A stretch of 64,000 nt of DNA from Bdellovibrionales bacterium (GCA_016713585.1 JADJOV010000025.1:110361-174360); one strand, 5' to 3'. Counted from the first letter of the stretch, positions 17,733 through 29,881 are shown. Made by a program: numbers and translations. The notes: generated from the sequence alone by a model not told the origin.

Positions 17733-20633
17733 CTAGTCGGGCTCTCTTGAAAAATATTTAATCCAATTTTCGAATCCTCGAAAAAAGAGCATGGGTTGAC
17801 TGCCAGAATTCAGAAGTAAAACTCCATGATGTCCGGTATATGTTGAGCCCACATTGAGTGGACTGGTCTCGATTGCTTCATCAGTGGCGGACCACCCGCC
17901 CGAAGTTCCTGCAGATTTTGAAGCTATAAATATCCCCATGTCTCCCGCACTATGAAATGAGACAGTTATCTTTCCAGTCGAATCGACAACAATTCCGGGG
18001 CGACTTGCAATTGAAGTCACTGTTCCCACTAGGTAATTTAGACGCTCGCCTGAAAAGGCAGTAGCCCCCGTCACAGCACAGGTTATTATATCACCACCAC
18101 TTGGACATGTAACAACTCTGAGCGCGCCAACACCTGAATCATAATGGGCAATATAGGGCAAATCCGCTGATGTGAGGTAAAAATCAATTCCCTCTCCACG
18201 AACACTGAAACCCTGGCTATCAGTGTCTATTGTTAGACATGTCCAAGTATAGGTCAAAGATGATTGGGATTCCTGTGCATATGCAAGCTTAAGCGATTTA
18301 ACCCCAGAGGAAACTCCCTGATAAACAATCACAGGTTTACCCGCAGAGGTCCATTTGAAATTGGCATAGAGTCCTGTCGTAGAGCTAACTGCCGGGTTGC
18401 AGCCAGTGCCCGTCGAGCCGGGGCCATCGACAACATATCTAAGCCATGCTCCATTTTTTGCTCGTTTTGCAAATTTAAGACGCTGACCGGTGGTCCCGCC
18501 TGCTGAAAAATCATAGTAAGCAACACCAATAGTATCTTGAGACGTCACTGATATGGATGTGTACTGACCGACATTTTTTGTATTAGCTGCGGAGCCATCC
18601 ACTCGATCCAAATCAAAGGACACTCCACCATTGCTAGAGCGAGCCACCATTAAATATCCCGCATTTGCAGCCACGCCTTGGTCCAAAAAGGCAATTGCCG
18701 GATTGCTACTAGAATCATAAGCCAATGAAGGATGCAGACCATTCATAAAAGCTCCGGTCCCACCAATAGCATTGGACACTATTTTTTCGCCGAAGACGGG
18801 ATTCAAAACTGAAGCCCCACCACGAATACCATGATAGAGGTGGGAGTTCGGCCCTGCGGTTCCTGGCTCTTGATAGAAGTAAACATATCCAACATTTCCG
18901 TTTGGAGCGATCGCTGCATCCAACATCGGTACCGCCGTCGACTGAGAAACAAAATTTGTTTGATCGATCGCCCAATTGTTCACTATGCCATTTGTGGAAT
19001 CAATGTCCGAAGGGTAGGCTCCGAAGACCTTAATATCTTGCCCCACAACTCCGGCAGCAGCAGCAGTCAAGGCCCCATAACTGCCCCAGAGTGCTCCATT
19101 GGTAGAGTCAAATGCGAAGCCCCCGCCAACCGTGTTGGTTGTTGCTTCGACAGTCACTTGATCTGGATTTGTATTCCAATTCGCCCCGAGAGATGAAGTG
19201 AGTTTGTTTAAAACTAAGCTTGTTCCTGTTGCAGCGACGAGCGAAGCCAAATACAAATTAGTCCCATCTGCAGCCACTCTTAATCCCAGAGTCCCTTGGG
19301 CAGCATTTGGATAAGCCCGGACAGTGGACCATGCAGAGGCCGAGAGGCCACTCGAACAAGCCTGCGGTGACAAGCTACTTAGGACACCGGTTGCAATGAC
19401 CGCGGGCGCTGTCAATGAAGGCAAAGCTGAAAAATAACTCAAGAAAATATTCCCGGTCACTGGATCAATAGCGATATCGCTCCGGTTAGCTTGATTGACT
19501 GCTGCTGATGATGAGGCCGGAGTCGTGGAAACACAGGGACCCGAGCACCCCGCTGTGAAATCAAGACCTTGCCAGGTAGCACAAGATCCATCTGCATTAG
19601 CCGTTGCACATTTGAGTAAAAACCCTTGAGTGGATGCAGATGGTGTATTGTCAGTTGTTGCCAGGCTTATAAGAATTCCAGTGGCATCGGCAGAAGTTCC
19701 ACCAGAATTATACTTGCACCAAACGGCTCCTGTTTGATGGACACCAATGCCGGCTGCATAGGTCGGCGCTCCACTGACGAAAGCTAGAGTGCTTGGCGCG
19801 CTCGACGAAACAACGGTCGGGGTGATCCATGTTCCATCAGATTTTCTCATCGTATATAGATATACGCTATTGTTCGCTGTAGCTGCATAGACTCCAAAGA
19901 CTAAATGAATCCGATTGGAGTCATCGACAAGCAGACGGAGCCCTTTGATTGGGTACTCAAGAGTTGCAAGCTGGGGACCGACGGATCCGACTGTCGCGTT
20001 TAAGATCTGAGCTCCCGTCACTGCAGTTTCTATCACCCAAACGCCAATTGAATTTCTGACTGCCAAACGAACAGATTTCCCAGTGGTCGAAGATGAAGCT
20101 CCCCCTGTTCCGTAGACATAGGCAATGACAGGTGTTGAAACTCCGCTTGTGACCAAATGTTTGATGTCATAAATTTGGAAGGGGCTGGTAGGCACTGCTA
20201 CATTTGGCGCTCCAATGCAAGCTGCCGACGTTGCCCCGCCTCCGCAAGTATTTGTCGGAAGTGTGATCGGCGCATTCGAATCGACGACTTCAACCACCCA
20301 GGCTCCAGTTGAAGTCATATGTCCATACTTCAACGCCCCGACCACTGGCGAAATGACCGCCGTGCGATCATAATACACAACATCGGGGGTATGACTAATT
20401 GGATCAATATTCAGTTCTGACCACGAACCAGTCGAGCCATTGAAATTAAGCCCAGCCGCAGTTGTTACAATCTTTTTTACATCAGTGTAGGTCGGCGTCG
20501 GAGTTGGAGCCGGTGTTGGAGTTGGGGCTACAACTGACGACGAACTCGAACCACTGCTGCAACCGCTTAGGGTTAAAGCCTGTGTCAAAACGAACATTAC
20601 ATAAATTGAAAACCAAGTCTTATTAGGGCCCAT
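17733..20633 (-). CDS. large (about 966 aa) Gly/Ser/Thr/Ala-rich lipoprotein, possibly beta-propeller-like
   Basis: Lipobox LTLSGC is followed by a Ser run and an APTPTPAPTPTPT linker. G.W-containing segments recur along the protein (GAWVVEVVD, GVWVIETAV, DGTWITPTV, GAWLRYVVDG, GGWSATDEA). The ATG at 20633 is preferred over the TTG at 20639. Confidence 0.65.
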   Translation of the reverse strand: MGPNKTWFSIYVMFVLTQALTLSGCSSGSSSSSVVAPTPTPAPTPTPTYTDVKKIVTTAAGLNFNGSTGSWSELNIDPISHTPDVVYYDRTAVISPVVGALKYGHMTSTGAWVVEVVDSNAPITLPTNTCGGGATSAACIGAPNVAVPTSPFQIYDIKHLVTSGVSTPVIAYVYGTGGASSSTTGKSVRLAVRNSIGVWVIETAVTGAQILNATVGSVGPQLATLEYPIKGLRLLVDDSNRIHLVFGVYAATANNSVYLYTMRKSDGTWITPTVVSSSAPSTLAFVSGAPTYAAGIGVHQTGAVWCKYNSGGTSADATGILISLATTDNTPSASTQGFLLKCATANADGSCATWQGLDFTAGCSGPCVSTTPASSSAAVNQANRSDIAIDPVTGNIFLSYFSALPSLTAPAVIATGVLSSLSPQACSSGLSASAWSTVRAYPNAAQGTLGLRVAADGTNLYLASLVAATGTSLVLNKLTSSLGANWNTNPDQVTVEATTNTVGGGFAFDSTNGALWGSYGALTAAAAGVVGQDIKVFGAYPSDIDSTNGIVNNWAIDQTNFVSQSTAVPMLDAAIAPNGNVGYVYFYQEPGTAGPNSHLYHGIRGGASVLNPVFGEKIVSNAIGGTGAFMNGLHPSLAYDSSSNPAIAFLDQGVAANAGYLMVARSSNGGVSFDLDRVDGSAANTKNVGQYTSISVTSQDTIGVAYYDFSAGGTTGQRLKFAKRAKNGAWLRYVVDGPGSTGTGCNPAVSSTTGLYANFKWTSAGKPVIVYQGVSSGVKSLKLAYAQESQSSLTYTWTCLTIDTDSQGFSVRGEGIDFYLTSADLPYIAHYDSGVGALRVVTCPSGGDIITCAVTGATAFSGERLNYLVGTVTSIASRPGIVVDSTGKITVSFHSAGDMGIFIASKSAGTSGGWSATDEAIETSPLNVGSTYTGHHGVLLLNSGSQPMLFFRGFENWIKYFSREPD

Positions 20634-20653
20634 GTCCAAGATAACGGCATAAT

Positions 20654-21589
20654 CTAGGATTGTCTTAAGCTTTTTTTTTGCGAAGCAGGACCCTTCTGAC
20701 TTAAATACTCAAGTAGTTTCACTTTGAGGTTGAAAATTGGGTTTGAACCACCGAAGGGCATCCACGTCCTTCGTGTGCAATAGGAATAGCTATCGAAATG
20801 TAGACCCCTTGGTGCGCAAATCACTGGTCCTCGATCGAGTAGGATCTTCAAGACCTCAGTCCCGGCGACCCCTGCTGCCAAGTAACACCCCATGGAAGTT
20901 GACGGCGCAGACTTATTCGACAAATCAAACCTCTGACGAACGACTAGCGATTTCATATGAATAAACGATGGTGTCATACCGCAGACAAAGCGAAAAATCT
21001 TTTGAACATCTGTTTGAGAATCATCAAAGCCAAAGAATTTTTCGAACGACATTTTCTTCGGCATAAAGTTCATCAATGCGGCTCCCATTCCAACGGGCGC
21101 AACAGTGATTGCCGGAATTCCTCGCTCATGGCACCCTTGAAACACAGCTCGTCTCACATCTAAAACAAACGCATCTAGGCCATCCACATAGATATCCACA
21201 TCCTTTAAAAAGGCGTCGATATTTTTCGCATTCACTCCCTCTGGAAAAGCCGAAATTTTAGCTTCAGGATTGATAGCAAGAACCCGATCGCTCATCACTG
21301 AAAGCTTTCGCTGGCCAAGGGTTGACATATCACAACCGGATTGCCTGTTCATATTATGAACTTCGAACTCGTCAAAATCTGCCAAATGAAAACTTCCGAC
21401 TCCTAGCCGCGCAAGATTCACTGCATGGTGTCCACCAACACCACCCATTCCAGCAATCGCGACTTTTTTCCCACGTAAAAGTTGCTGTTCTTCGATTGTG
21501 GCCCAGCCAATATTTCGACTAAAGGCCCGTTCGTAATTGAACGCCATTTTTCGCTCGCAACTTTCTTCTGGCATATCTAGTGACCTCAT
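20654..21589 (-). CDS. ThiF/MoeB/HesA-family E1-like adenylyltransferase
   Basis: It has the nucleotide-binding motif VAIAGMGGVGGHHAVNLARLGVGSFHLADFDEFEVHNMNRQ. No CxxC zinc motif or rhodanese domain was seen. It ends 20 nt upstream of the large lipoprotein gene on the same strand. Confidence 0.8.
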   Translation of the reverse strand: MRSLDMPEESCERKMAFNYERAFSRNIGWATIEEQQLLRGKKVAIAGMGGVGGHHAVNLARLGVGSFHLADFDEFEVHNMNRQSGCDMSTLGQRKLSVMSDRVLAINPEAKISAFPEGVNAKNIDAFLKDVDIYVDGLDAFVLDVRRAVFQGCHERGIPAITVAPVGMGAALMNFMPKKMSFEKFFGFDDSQTDVQKIFRFVCGMTPSFIHMKSLVVRQRFDLSNKSAPSTSMGCYLAAGVAGTEVLKILLDRGPVICAPRGLHFDSYSYCTRRTWMPFGGSNPIFNLKVKLLEYLSQKGPASQKKSLRQS

Positions 21590-21621
21590 TTTTTAAGACT
21601 ATATCAGAGGCCCCAAATACA

Positions 21622-22494
21622 CTAGCGATCTAGACTTTTTTTACATGAATTATATTGGCTAGGAACGGATTTCATTTGCTTTCTGAATTGCTTGTTGAAC
21701 CGGCTGATGTCGACAAAACCGACGTCAAAGCAGGCCTCTGTTGACCGCTCGCCTTTCAGTAAAAGCAAACTCATTGCCTCAAAAATGCGCATTTTGTTCC
21801 TGTAGGCAATCGGTGAAATATCAAAACACCGACGAAAGGCTCGGGTCATCGCGCTATGAGAAACCCTCAGCTCATCTGCAAAATCTTGAAAAGACTTGTT
21901 AGATGAAAAATCCCGGTCAATCTTTTCCTTCAGTCGAAGCGCCAATGGATTCGATTGCTCAATTTTATCAATTGAACAATCGAAGGAGGCTCCTCGGACA
22001 TGGGCAAATAGCTCCGTCGGTGTCTCGAAACGCTTCGGCGGAATACCAAACAAAGCCGTTGGTTGCTTTGGCAAATCAGAAGGGACTGCAGCTGTTGAAA
22101 GGTAAGACGACCAAACTAGCTGACCAGCTCCAAGTCGCCAGTCAACCAAACTTAACGGAGGAATCCACAGACTGTGGGGACCACATAGTGGGGTTGTTTC
22201 ACCCAGTCGATGGACACCAGCCTGCCCGGGAACAAAATCGCAAATAGCTAAGCACCAGAATCTACCAAAAACGTCGAGGTCAGCCGTTGGACCTGAAAAG
22301 GAATGCTTTCGATCAAAATAAATAAAATCATCGGAAATCAATTGATAGTCAGAAACATAACTAGAAGCAGAGAGTTTAAATTGAGCAATTGTGCTTTTTT
22401 TGACCAAGTTTTTTTCACTCCAAAATTCAAATATCGTAAAACCAAATACTATGTTCACAATTTTGCAAATGCAGCTCAATAAGTGGGAGTCCAA
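21622..22494 (-). CDS. AraC-family transcriptional regulator
   Basis: C-terminal double HTH: FQDFADELRVSHSAMTRAFRRCFDISPIAYRNKMRIFEAMSLL. Confidence 0.8.
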   Translation of the reverse strand: MDSHLLSCICKIVNIVFGFTIFEFWSEKNLVKKSTIAQFKLSASSYVSDYQLISDDFIYFDRKHSFSGPTADLDVFGRFWCLAICDFVPGQAGVHRLGETTPLCGPHSLWIPPLSLVDWRLGAGQLVWSSYLSTAAVPSDLPKQPTALFGIPPKRFETPTELFAHVRGASFDCSIDKIEQSNPLALRLKEKIDRDFSSNKSFQDFADELRVSHSAMTRAFRRCFDISPIAYRNKMRIFEAMSLLLLKGERSTEACFDVGFVDISRFNKQFRKQMKSVPSQYNSCKKSLDR

Positions 22495-22548
22495 AGTCTA
22501 GATCAAAAAACGCCTAGAGCCCAACCTTGGGCCTGACGACAGAGCAGC

Positions 22549-23811
22549 ATGTCAAAAATTTCAAAAAAAATACTTTCATACCTTCCCAGAACCCTACGTT
22601 ATGAATTTTTCCGAAGGACCTTAGCTCTTCCGAGAAAACTACCCGACGGTCTGGAAATAAAGCTCGCTGAATCCAGAGACGAATACACGCAGGCATTCAA
22701 AATTCTTCATGATAGCTACGTCGATGCAGGCTTTATGAAAAAAGACCCCTCTGGCCTCCGCGTCACGCTTTACCATCTACTTAAATCAACCTCAACCTAT
22801 GTGGCGGTAGACCGGGGAGAGGTCATAGCAACGATGGCAATGGTTCGCGATAGTTCCTTTGGTCTACCCATGGACAAAATTTACGCTTTGGAGGGCTTTC
22901 GCAATCGAGGGGAGAGAATTGGTGAAGTCTCTGCCCTTGCAATTCGTCGGGACTATCGGGGACATGGCGGTGAGCTGCTGTTTTGTCTTATCCGCTTGAT
23001 GTGGCTGCACACACTCTCTAGCCACCGAATTGACAACTTTGTGATCGCAGTTAACCCCCAGAAAGCGGACCTGTACCGTTCAATTCTTTATTTTCATGAT
23101 CTTCCCGGCCACTCTACGGTGGATCAATACTCCTTTGTCCAAGGAGCTCCTGCTGTTGGACAGTGGATGAACGTCAAGAACTCCTACGAAACCTTCGAGA
23201 AAGCCTATGCCGGCAAAGCCCCAGGTCAGAATATTTTTGATTTTCTTTTTCGTAACCAAGAAGAGTTTTTGAAACAACAACTAGATTCCCCCTATTTTAC
23301 TCTCTTTAACCAAACCCTCATCGATGCTCAAATGCGACGGTATTTTCTAAAAGACCTTTCAAATGTCTGGGAAAAAACCTCCGAACAAGAAAAGCAGAAA
23401 TTCGCCAATAGTTTTGACTTGAAAAATCCAGAAGATATCTTCAAAAGCGAGCTTGAATTGACTCCAATCGACCTCACTCGACAGCCTCGGATAGAAGTTG
23501 ATTGTCCGGTCCGAAAATTCGCAGTCCAACAGATTTCTCAGATAGCTCAAGTTGGGGTCCTTCAGGATCTTTCGCCGCGGGGGTTTAAGCTTTTGCTGAG
23601 ACACAAGATACCGCTCGAATTAAACTCAAAGGCGAATCTTGAAATTGCACTTGGACCAAACCTAAACTCAAAAGTGCAGGCACGCCTCAGCTGGTATCAC
23701 GAAAACAGAGTCGGCTTTGAAGTTCTTGCGGGCGACTCGTCTTGGGCCGACCTTTCTATAAATCTCGACAGTGCGGGCGACAGAGGAAAAACCAAGTTCG
23801 AAGCTGCCTAG
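22549..23811 (+). CDS. GNAT-like (FeeM/N-acyl amino acid synthase-like) acyltransferase fused to a C-terminal PilZ domain
   Basis: The N-terminal ~230 aa (FKILHDSYVDAGFM..., IGEVSALAIRRDYRGHGG) resemble the N-acyl amino acid synthase/acetyltransferase-5 fold. The C-terminus carries PilZ motifs RQPRIEV ... DLSPRGF. Confidence 0.65.
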   Translation: MSKISKKILSYLPRTLRYEFFRRTLALPRKLPDGLEIKLAESRDEYTQAFKILHDSYVDAGFMKKDPSGLRVTLYHLLKSTSTYVAVDRGEVIATMAMVRDSSFGLPMDKIYALEGFRNRGERIGEVSALAIRRDYRGHGGELLFCLIRLMWLHTLSSHRIDNFVIAVNPQKADLYRSILYFHDLPGHSTVDQYSFVQGAPAVGQWMNVKNSYETFEKAYAGKAPGQNIFDFLFRNQEEFLKQQLDSPYFTLFNQTLIDAQMRRYFLKDLSNVWEKTSEQEKQKFANSFDLKNPEDIFKSELELTPIDLTRQPRIEVDCPVRKFAVQQISQIAQVGVLQDLSPRGFKLLLRHKIPLELNSKANLEIALGPNLNSKVQARLSWYHENRVGFEVLAGDSSWADLSINLDSAGDRGKTKFEAA

Positions 23812-23856
23812 TCCGATCTAAGACCTCCTTGACTTGTTGGGTACTCTTTGGCCTGA

Positions 23857-26800
23857 TTGTCTCTTCGGAGAATCCCAATGAAATCAAGAATCGCTATTGC
23901 CATTAAGAGAATAACCGTTGAGTTTTTTGGTTCCTTCACTTACGCACCTCCTGCTTGGATTCAAAAACTAACTACCTATCTGGCGGAGAGTTACCTTGGA
24001 AAAAAATGCGCGCTCATTCAGAAATGGCGTCAAGCTCATTCAGATCAATTTCGACGATTAGGGTTAGGCGTACTCTTTGGATTTCTGGTCTTGGGGGCGA
24101 CCTGGTATGGATATCAAAAATATCTAGAATCACTTCCTACACCAAACTACGTCAACTATTCAATCCGGAGTCCATTGCCCACAAATCCTGAGATCGGAAT
24201 CCCAAACCAACTCACTATTGTCTTCGATAAATCAGTGGCCAAAACATCTGATCTAAACAAGGTTATTGCCCAAGGGGTTAAAATAAAACCGGTCTTAGAC
24301 GGAGCTTGGCGCTGGGAGACGGACCGCCAGCTCACCTTCAAGCTTGATCCAAGCAAAAAGCTGGATTGGGCGGTGGGCACAAAATATGAAGTTGTTTTTG
24401 AAAAAGACTTCTTCCCAGAACATGTCATCCTTGAAACCTATGAAAGCACTTTTTCGACGGCCCCCCTACAAATGCAAGTCACCAAGCAAGAGTTTTATAT
24501 CGACCCTAGGGATCCGAAAATAAAAAAAATTCTCGTTAATTTGCAATTTAATTATCCTGTGAACGCGGAAGACTTCAAAAAACGAGTTGAATTCGAGCTG
24601 AAAACTGAGGGTGTTAACCTTTTGAGTTCAAAGGTAGAGTCTCAAGTCACCTTCAACAAATATTTTACAGAGGCCTACTTACAATCTGCAACGCTTCAGG
24701 TGGTGAAAGAAAACCAGAAAATGCTCGTCAAAATCGAAAAGGGAACCAAACCTCAGGGCGACGGACCAGGATCGGAAGATTATCAAAACATTCAAATCAG
24801 TGTTCCAGGCCTTTATGAGGCCTTCAAAATTGGATCCGTATCAGCAATTTTTGCTCGAAATGAAAAATTCGAGCCCGAACAAATTCTCGTTGTGCGAACT
24901 GCAATACAGACGCGCTCGGAAGATTTGGCTCAGAAACTTAAACTCTATCTACTGCCAAAGAATAAGCCCGCTCAAGGAACTCGAAATGAAATTAGGAATC
25001 ACTATTGGTCTTCAGCCTCAGAAGTACGACCAGAAATCCGAAGTACCCTTCCTGAGGTTAAGTTCGTTCTTGTTCCCTCCGAAACCATTTGGTCAACTAT
25101 TCACACATTTAAAATTAAAGAGGAGACTCAGCGGTCTCTGTTAGTTTCAATTGCTCAAGGACTTCAGGGTCTGGGGGACTACGAGCTAAGGGACACTTCC
25201 GAGAGTGTCGTTAGATTAGAGAACTTCCCTCAAGAGCTTCAAATTATGAGTCGTGGAGCCTTGCTCACCCTCTCTGGTGAGCTAAAGATCCCCCCTCTTG
25301 GCTAGAAATGTCGAACAAGTTAAATTCAAAATCTCGCGAATTCTTCCAGAACAAGTCAACCATCTATTGCCACAATTAAACTCAGAGATCCAAAATCCCC
25401 AACTCCCTTACGAATTTGAAAACGATGTCGCTGAAAAGTTCGAAACCTCAAAAAAACTAAAACTGGAGTCAGCCCAAGCAACTCAGTATTTTTCACTCGA
25501 TCTTGAGCCCTTCCTAAATAAAACACTCACACCAAGGGGGATTTTTTTAGTTGAGGCCGTCGCCACAAATCTCAATGGCATTGAGCTTGGCCCAAGGGAC
25601 AAAAGACTGATCATGGTGACTGACTTAGGAATATTAGTCAAAGAAGGGGTTTCGAAAACAAGCGAAGTTTATGTTGAGAATTTCAAAACAGGATTACCTG
25701 TCGAAGGCGCTACAGTTGAAGTGATCGGTAGAAATGGAATACCTGTATTGAAGGGCACTTCTGATTCTCTAGGTCATACGTCGTTTCCGGATCTCTCAGA
25801 TTTTAAAGACGAGAAGGCGGCCATTGCTTTTTCAGTTAAAAAAGGAATGGACCAAGCCTTCTTGCCCTACAAAAATCATAGACAATATTTGCAATATTCA
25901 AGATTTGACGTCGGAGGACTCGTTGATCAAGGAGGTTCCGATCAGTTGATGTCCATGGTATTTTCAGATCGAGGGATTTATCGCCCTGGTGAGTCCACCA
26001 ATATTGGCTTGATTGTCAGACCCAGGGCTGGACATGGAAAACTGAAGGCGATTCCACTTCAATGGTCTGTGACAAATTCAAGGGGTCAAGAAATTCTAAA
26101 AGAAAATCTTCGTCGATTCGTCAGATCTTAAATCATTAAAATTCAATACCGAGGAAACGGCTCCAACTGGAACCTACGATGTCCGTGTGTTTGTTTTGAA
26201 GCGGATGCGAAACATTGACTATCCAGAACTTATTGGATCTTTAAGTGTTAAAGTCGAAGAGTTTCAGCCTGACAGAATGAAGATATCCACACACTTATCC
26301 CAAGAAAAAGTGTCGGGATGGATCAAGCCCACAAAAATTAAATCCTTCGTGGATATGAAAAACCTCTTCGGAACTCCGGCTGAAAATCAACGCGTTCGGG
26401 GTGTCATGACCCTGGTTCCTGTTCAGCCATTCTTCAAGGCCTATAAAGACTTCACCTTTACAAATTTAAACAAACCAGAGGAGCAAGTCCTTTCTGAAAC
26501 TCTCGACGAACTGACTACAAACGCGCAGGGACATGCTGAGTTTGATCTGGATCTTTCAAAATATACGGCGAATCTTTTCAGCATGAGATTTGAGGCCGAA
26601 GGCTTTGAAAATAAGGGCGGACGTTCGGTTCACGCCACGACTTCGGTTCTTGTGTCCCCGCTGGACTACCTTTTGGGGCCAAGCCTGACGGCGATTTACA
26701 TTACGTCAAAAAGCAAGCAGAGCGAAATCTACAGCTTATTGCGATTGATCAAGATCTCAAAAAAATCGAGGCCACCGATATTGAGTATCAAATTTTTGAG

Positions 26801-29800
26801 AAAAAATACGTGTCCGTTTTGACTCAACAGAACGACGGCAGTTTCAAATATCAATCAGTTCTGAAGGAAAATCCCGGCGAAATCAAGCCTTTCAAAGTCG
26901 CCGCCGTTGGGACCAAATTCAAAGTGGATACATCAAAGGCGGGGGAATATGGATTGGTTTTTAGAAACAAGGCAAAAATTGAACTGCTTAAGGTCAATTA
27001 TACTGTCGTTGGTGAGGAAAACCTTTCTAGATCACTCGAAAAAAATTCTGAGCTTCAATTAGTTCTAAATAAAACTGATTTTCAACCTGGCGAAGAAATT
27101 GAGTTGCAGATTAAGGCACCGTATAAGGGTGCCGGATTGATCTCGATTGAGCGGGAGGGTGTTTATGCGGTCAAGTGGTTTAAGACCGACGGGTCTTCTG
27201 CTCTCGAAAAAATTAAGATTCCAGCCGGACTCGAAGGCAATGCCTACGTGAATGTAACTTTCTTGCGAGCAATCGATTCCCCAGAGATTTTTGCCTCTCC
27301 ACTCAGCTATGCCATCGCTCCGTTTTCGATTTCTCTGGATGAAAAACGCACTAAAATTATACTAGAGTCCCCAGAACGGGTCCGGCCCGGGGAGCGCTTG
27401 AAGATCACTTACTCCGCAAACAAGAAAACCGATTTAATATTATACGGCGTGGACGAGGGAATCCTTCAGGTAGCCAAATATCGTCTACCAGACCCCCTCC
27501 AGTATTTCTTTCAGAAGCGAGCCCTTCAGGTGAAGACCTATCAGATCCTGGATTTACTTCTCCCTGAGTTTTCACTTGTTCATTCAAGTCAAAGTCCTGG
27601 CGGGGATGACGGGACGGGGGCTTTAGGAAAAAACCTAAATCCATTTAAGTCTAAACGAGCTAAGCCAGTTGTGTTTTGGAGTGGTGTCGTTCAAGCAGAC
27701 TTGAAGCCTCAAACATACTCGTTTGAAGTGCCTGATTATTTCAATGGAAATTTAAAAATAATGGCAGTCGCGGCGAGTGATCTTGGTCTCGGTTCGACTG
27801 AGATTGCAAGCGTTGTTCGTGGGGATTTTGTCGTGTCACCGACGACTCCTGTTTTCGTAGCCCCTCAGGATGAGTTTTTCGTCAGCGTTGGTGTTTCCAA
27901 TCAGTTAGAGAAGTCCGGAGAAAAGGCTAAAATCAACTTCGAAGCTACCAGTTCAGGTCATTTTGAAATTCTTGCGGGCCAAAAGCTAAGTCTCGAAATC
28001 TCTGAGGGTCACGAGGCCCAGACGACGGTGAGGGTGAAGACCCTGGCCAAACTAGGTGAAGGTTTATTGACGTTTAAAGCAAATTTGGGAAAAGCCTCAG
28101 GCTCGTCAAAGTCAGAGATCAGCGTTCGACCGGCTTTCCCATACTCGCAGAGTCTTTCCGTTGGTTTGCTCGAGAAGCTGCCATTGGAATTTGTAAATCC
28201 TCGCGAGGTACACACTGAGCACGCCAAGGCACAGATTACGGTGTCGCCACTTCCAATGATCATTGGCGTTGGCCTTATGAATTATCTTGATACCTATCCC
28301 TATGGTTGCACGGAGCAAGTAGTCAGTCGGGCCATTCCGGCTTTGATTTTAAGATCCCGCTCGGAGTTCATACCAAACGCTGAAAAACAAAAAGAGTTTT
28401 TTACGGCCGCCCTGCAGATCCTGCAAATGCGACAAATGCCGGACGGAGGCTTTGCTTTATATTCGCCGCAATTTGAAAAATCAAATGCAATGGCCAGTCT
28501 CTACGCCCTCCATTACCTTATCGAGGCCCGCGAAAGGAAACTCCCTGTTCCAGAGGCCATGCTGCAACATGGACAAAATTTTCTCGAATCTTTTAAGTCA
28601 TCTCATTCTCCTCACACCCTGGTCGATCATCGTCGCTGGGCCTATTCGCTCTACCTGCTAGCCCGGCTCGGTGTCGTCAATGGGGCGAGCCTCGGGGAGC
28701 TTAAGCGCTCAATTGAAAGCCAGTTCAAGGACCTGTGGATGAACGACCCGCTCGCAATTTATCTGGCAGGGATCTACAAACTTTACAAGCAAGACGAAGC
28801 TGGCAATCGAATTCTTGCCGCACAAAAAATTGGAACATTTAAATTCACTGATTGGGATGACTATCTGGATCCCGTCGTTCGAGACAGTTTGTTGATCTAT
28901 ATCACAGCCAAACACTTTCCCAGTCGGCTCAATGAAGTCATTGATCCATCCAAACTTAAAAATGTTTTGGAGCCGATATCGCAGGGACAGTATAATACCC
29001 ACTCAGCGGCCTACCTTCTGCTAGCCTTGGACGCTATGGCTGAAGTCCCAGATTCGAATCAGGCCCTGGCTGAAATTAAAGTTGAACAGCAGGTCCTCAA
29101 AGATCAATGGAAGTCTGTTCCACGTGGGGGCAAACCGAACGTCACTTGGCAGTTGGCTGTCAACCATCTGAAAGCTAAAATTGATGGGCCCCAAATGGGA
29201 ACCCTTTTTTACTCCTATCACCTCTCCGGCTTTGATAAGGCCGACTTAGCGCAGCCAGTGCAGCAGACTATTGAGGTTTCAAAAGACATTCTTGATTCGT
29301 CAGGGGCGTCGATTGATAAGGCAAAGGTCGGGGAAGAATTTGAAGTGTCGCTGCGGGTGCGTTCTCTCGACGACAAGACTCATACAAATATTGCTATAGT
29401 TGATTTGATTCCTGGTGGATTTGAATTGATCTTGGATCCAGTGAAAAACAAACTCGGCGGGGCCCCCGAAGGCACGGGCGATGGCGCATCGGGCAATGAA
29501 GGGGATGATGGACAGCCGTCCAATTCTGACGTCCCGCCAGAAGATGGCCAAGGTCCTACGGGTGACGAAGTTCAAGATGGTGCTTCACTGCTGGATCCTT
29601 GGTTGAGGTGGCTTTCTTTCCCAAATAGTGCCTACGCTGAAGCCCAAAAGCAATCTGAACGAACGAGGCTCAATCCCTTGGCTGCCGATTTTGTGGACAA
29701 ACGAGAGGACCGAGTTGTCGTTTACGCAACGATTACTCGTGAGCTGAGCGAGCTCACTTATCGAATCAAGGCCATCAATCAAGGAACCTTTATGGTACCT

Positions 29801-29881
29801 CCTGCTTTTGCAGAGGGTATGTACGATCGTTCGAAGAAGTATCAAGGACGCTCTAAGATGATAACAGTGCTTGCTCCGTGA
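23857..29881 (+). pseudogene. bacterial alpha-2-macroglobulin (YfhM-like), split into four ORFs by three frameshifts
   Basis: The pieces are 23857-25305, 25298-26131, 26187-26822 and 26810-29881. The joins lie at the C6 run 25281-25286, the A-runs near 26098-26106 and the GGGG run near 26673-26676. The thioester motif CTEQ (YPYGCTEQ) is intact at 28307-28318. The gene is followed by pbpC, as in known yfhM-pbpC pairs. Confidence 0.85.
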
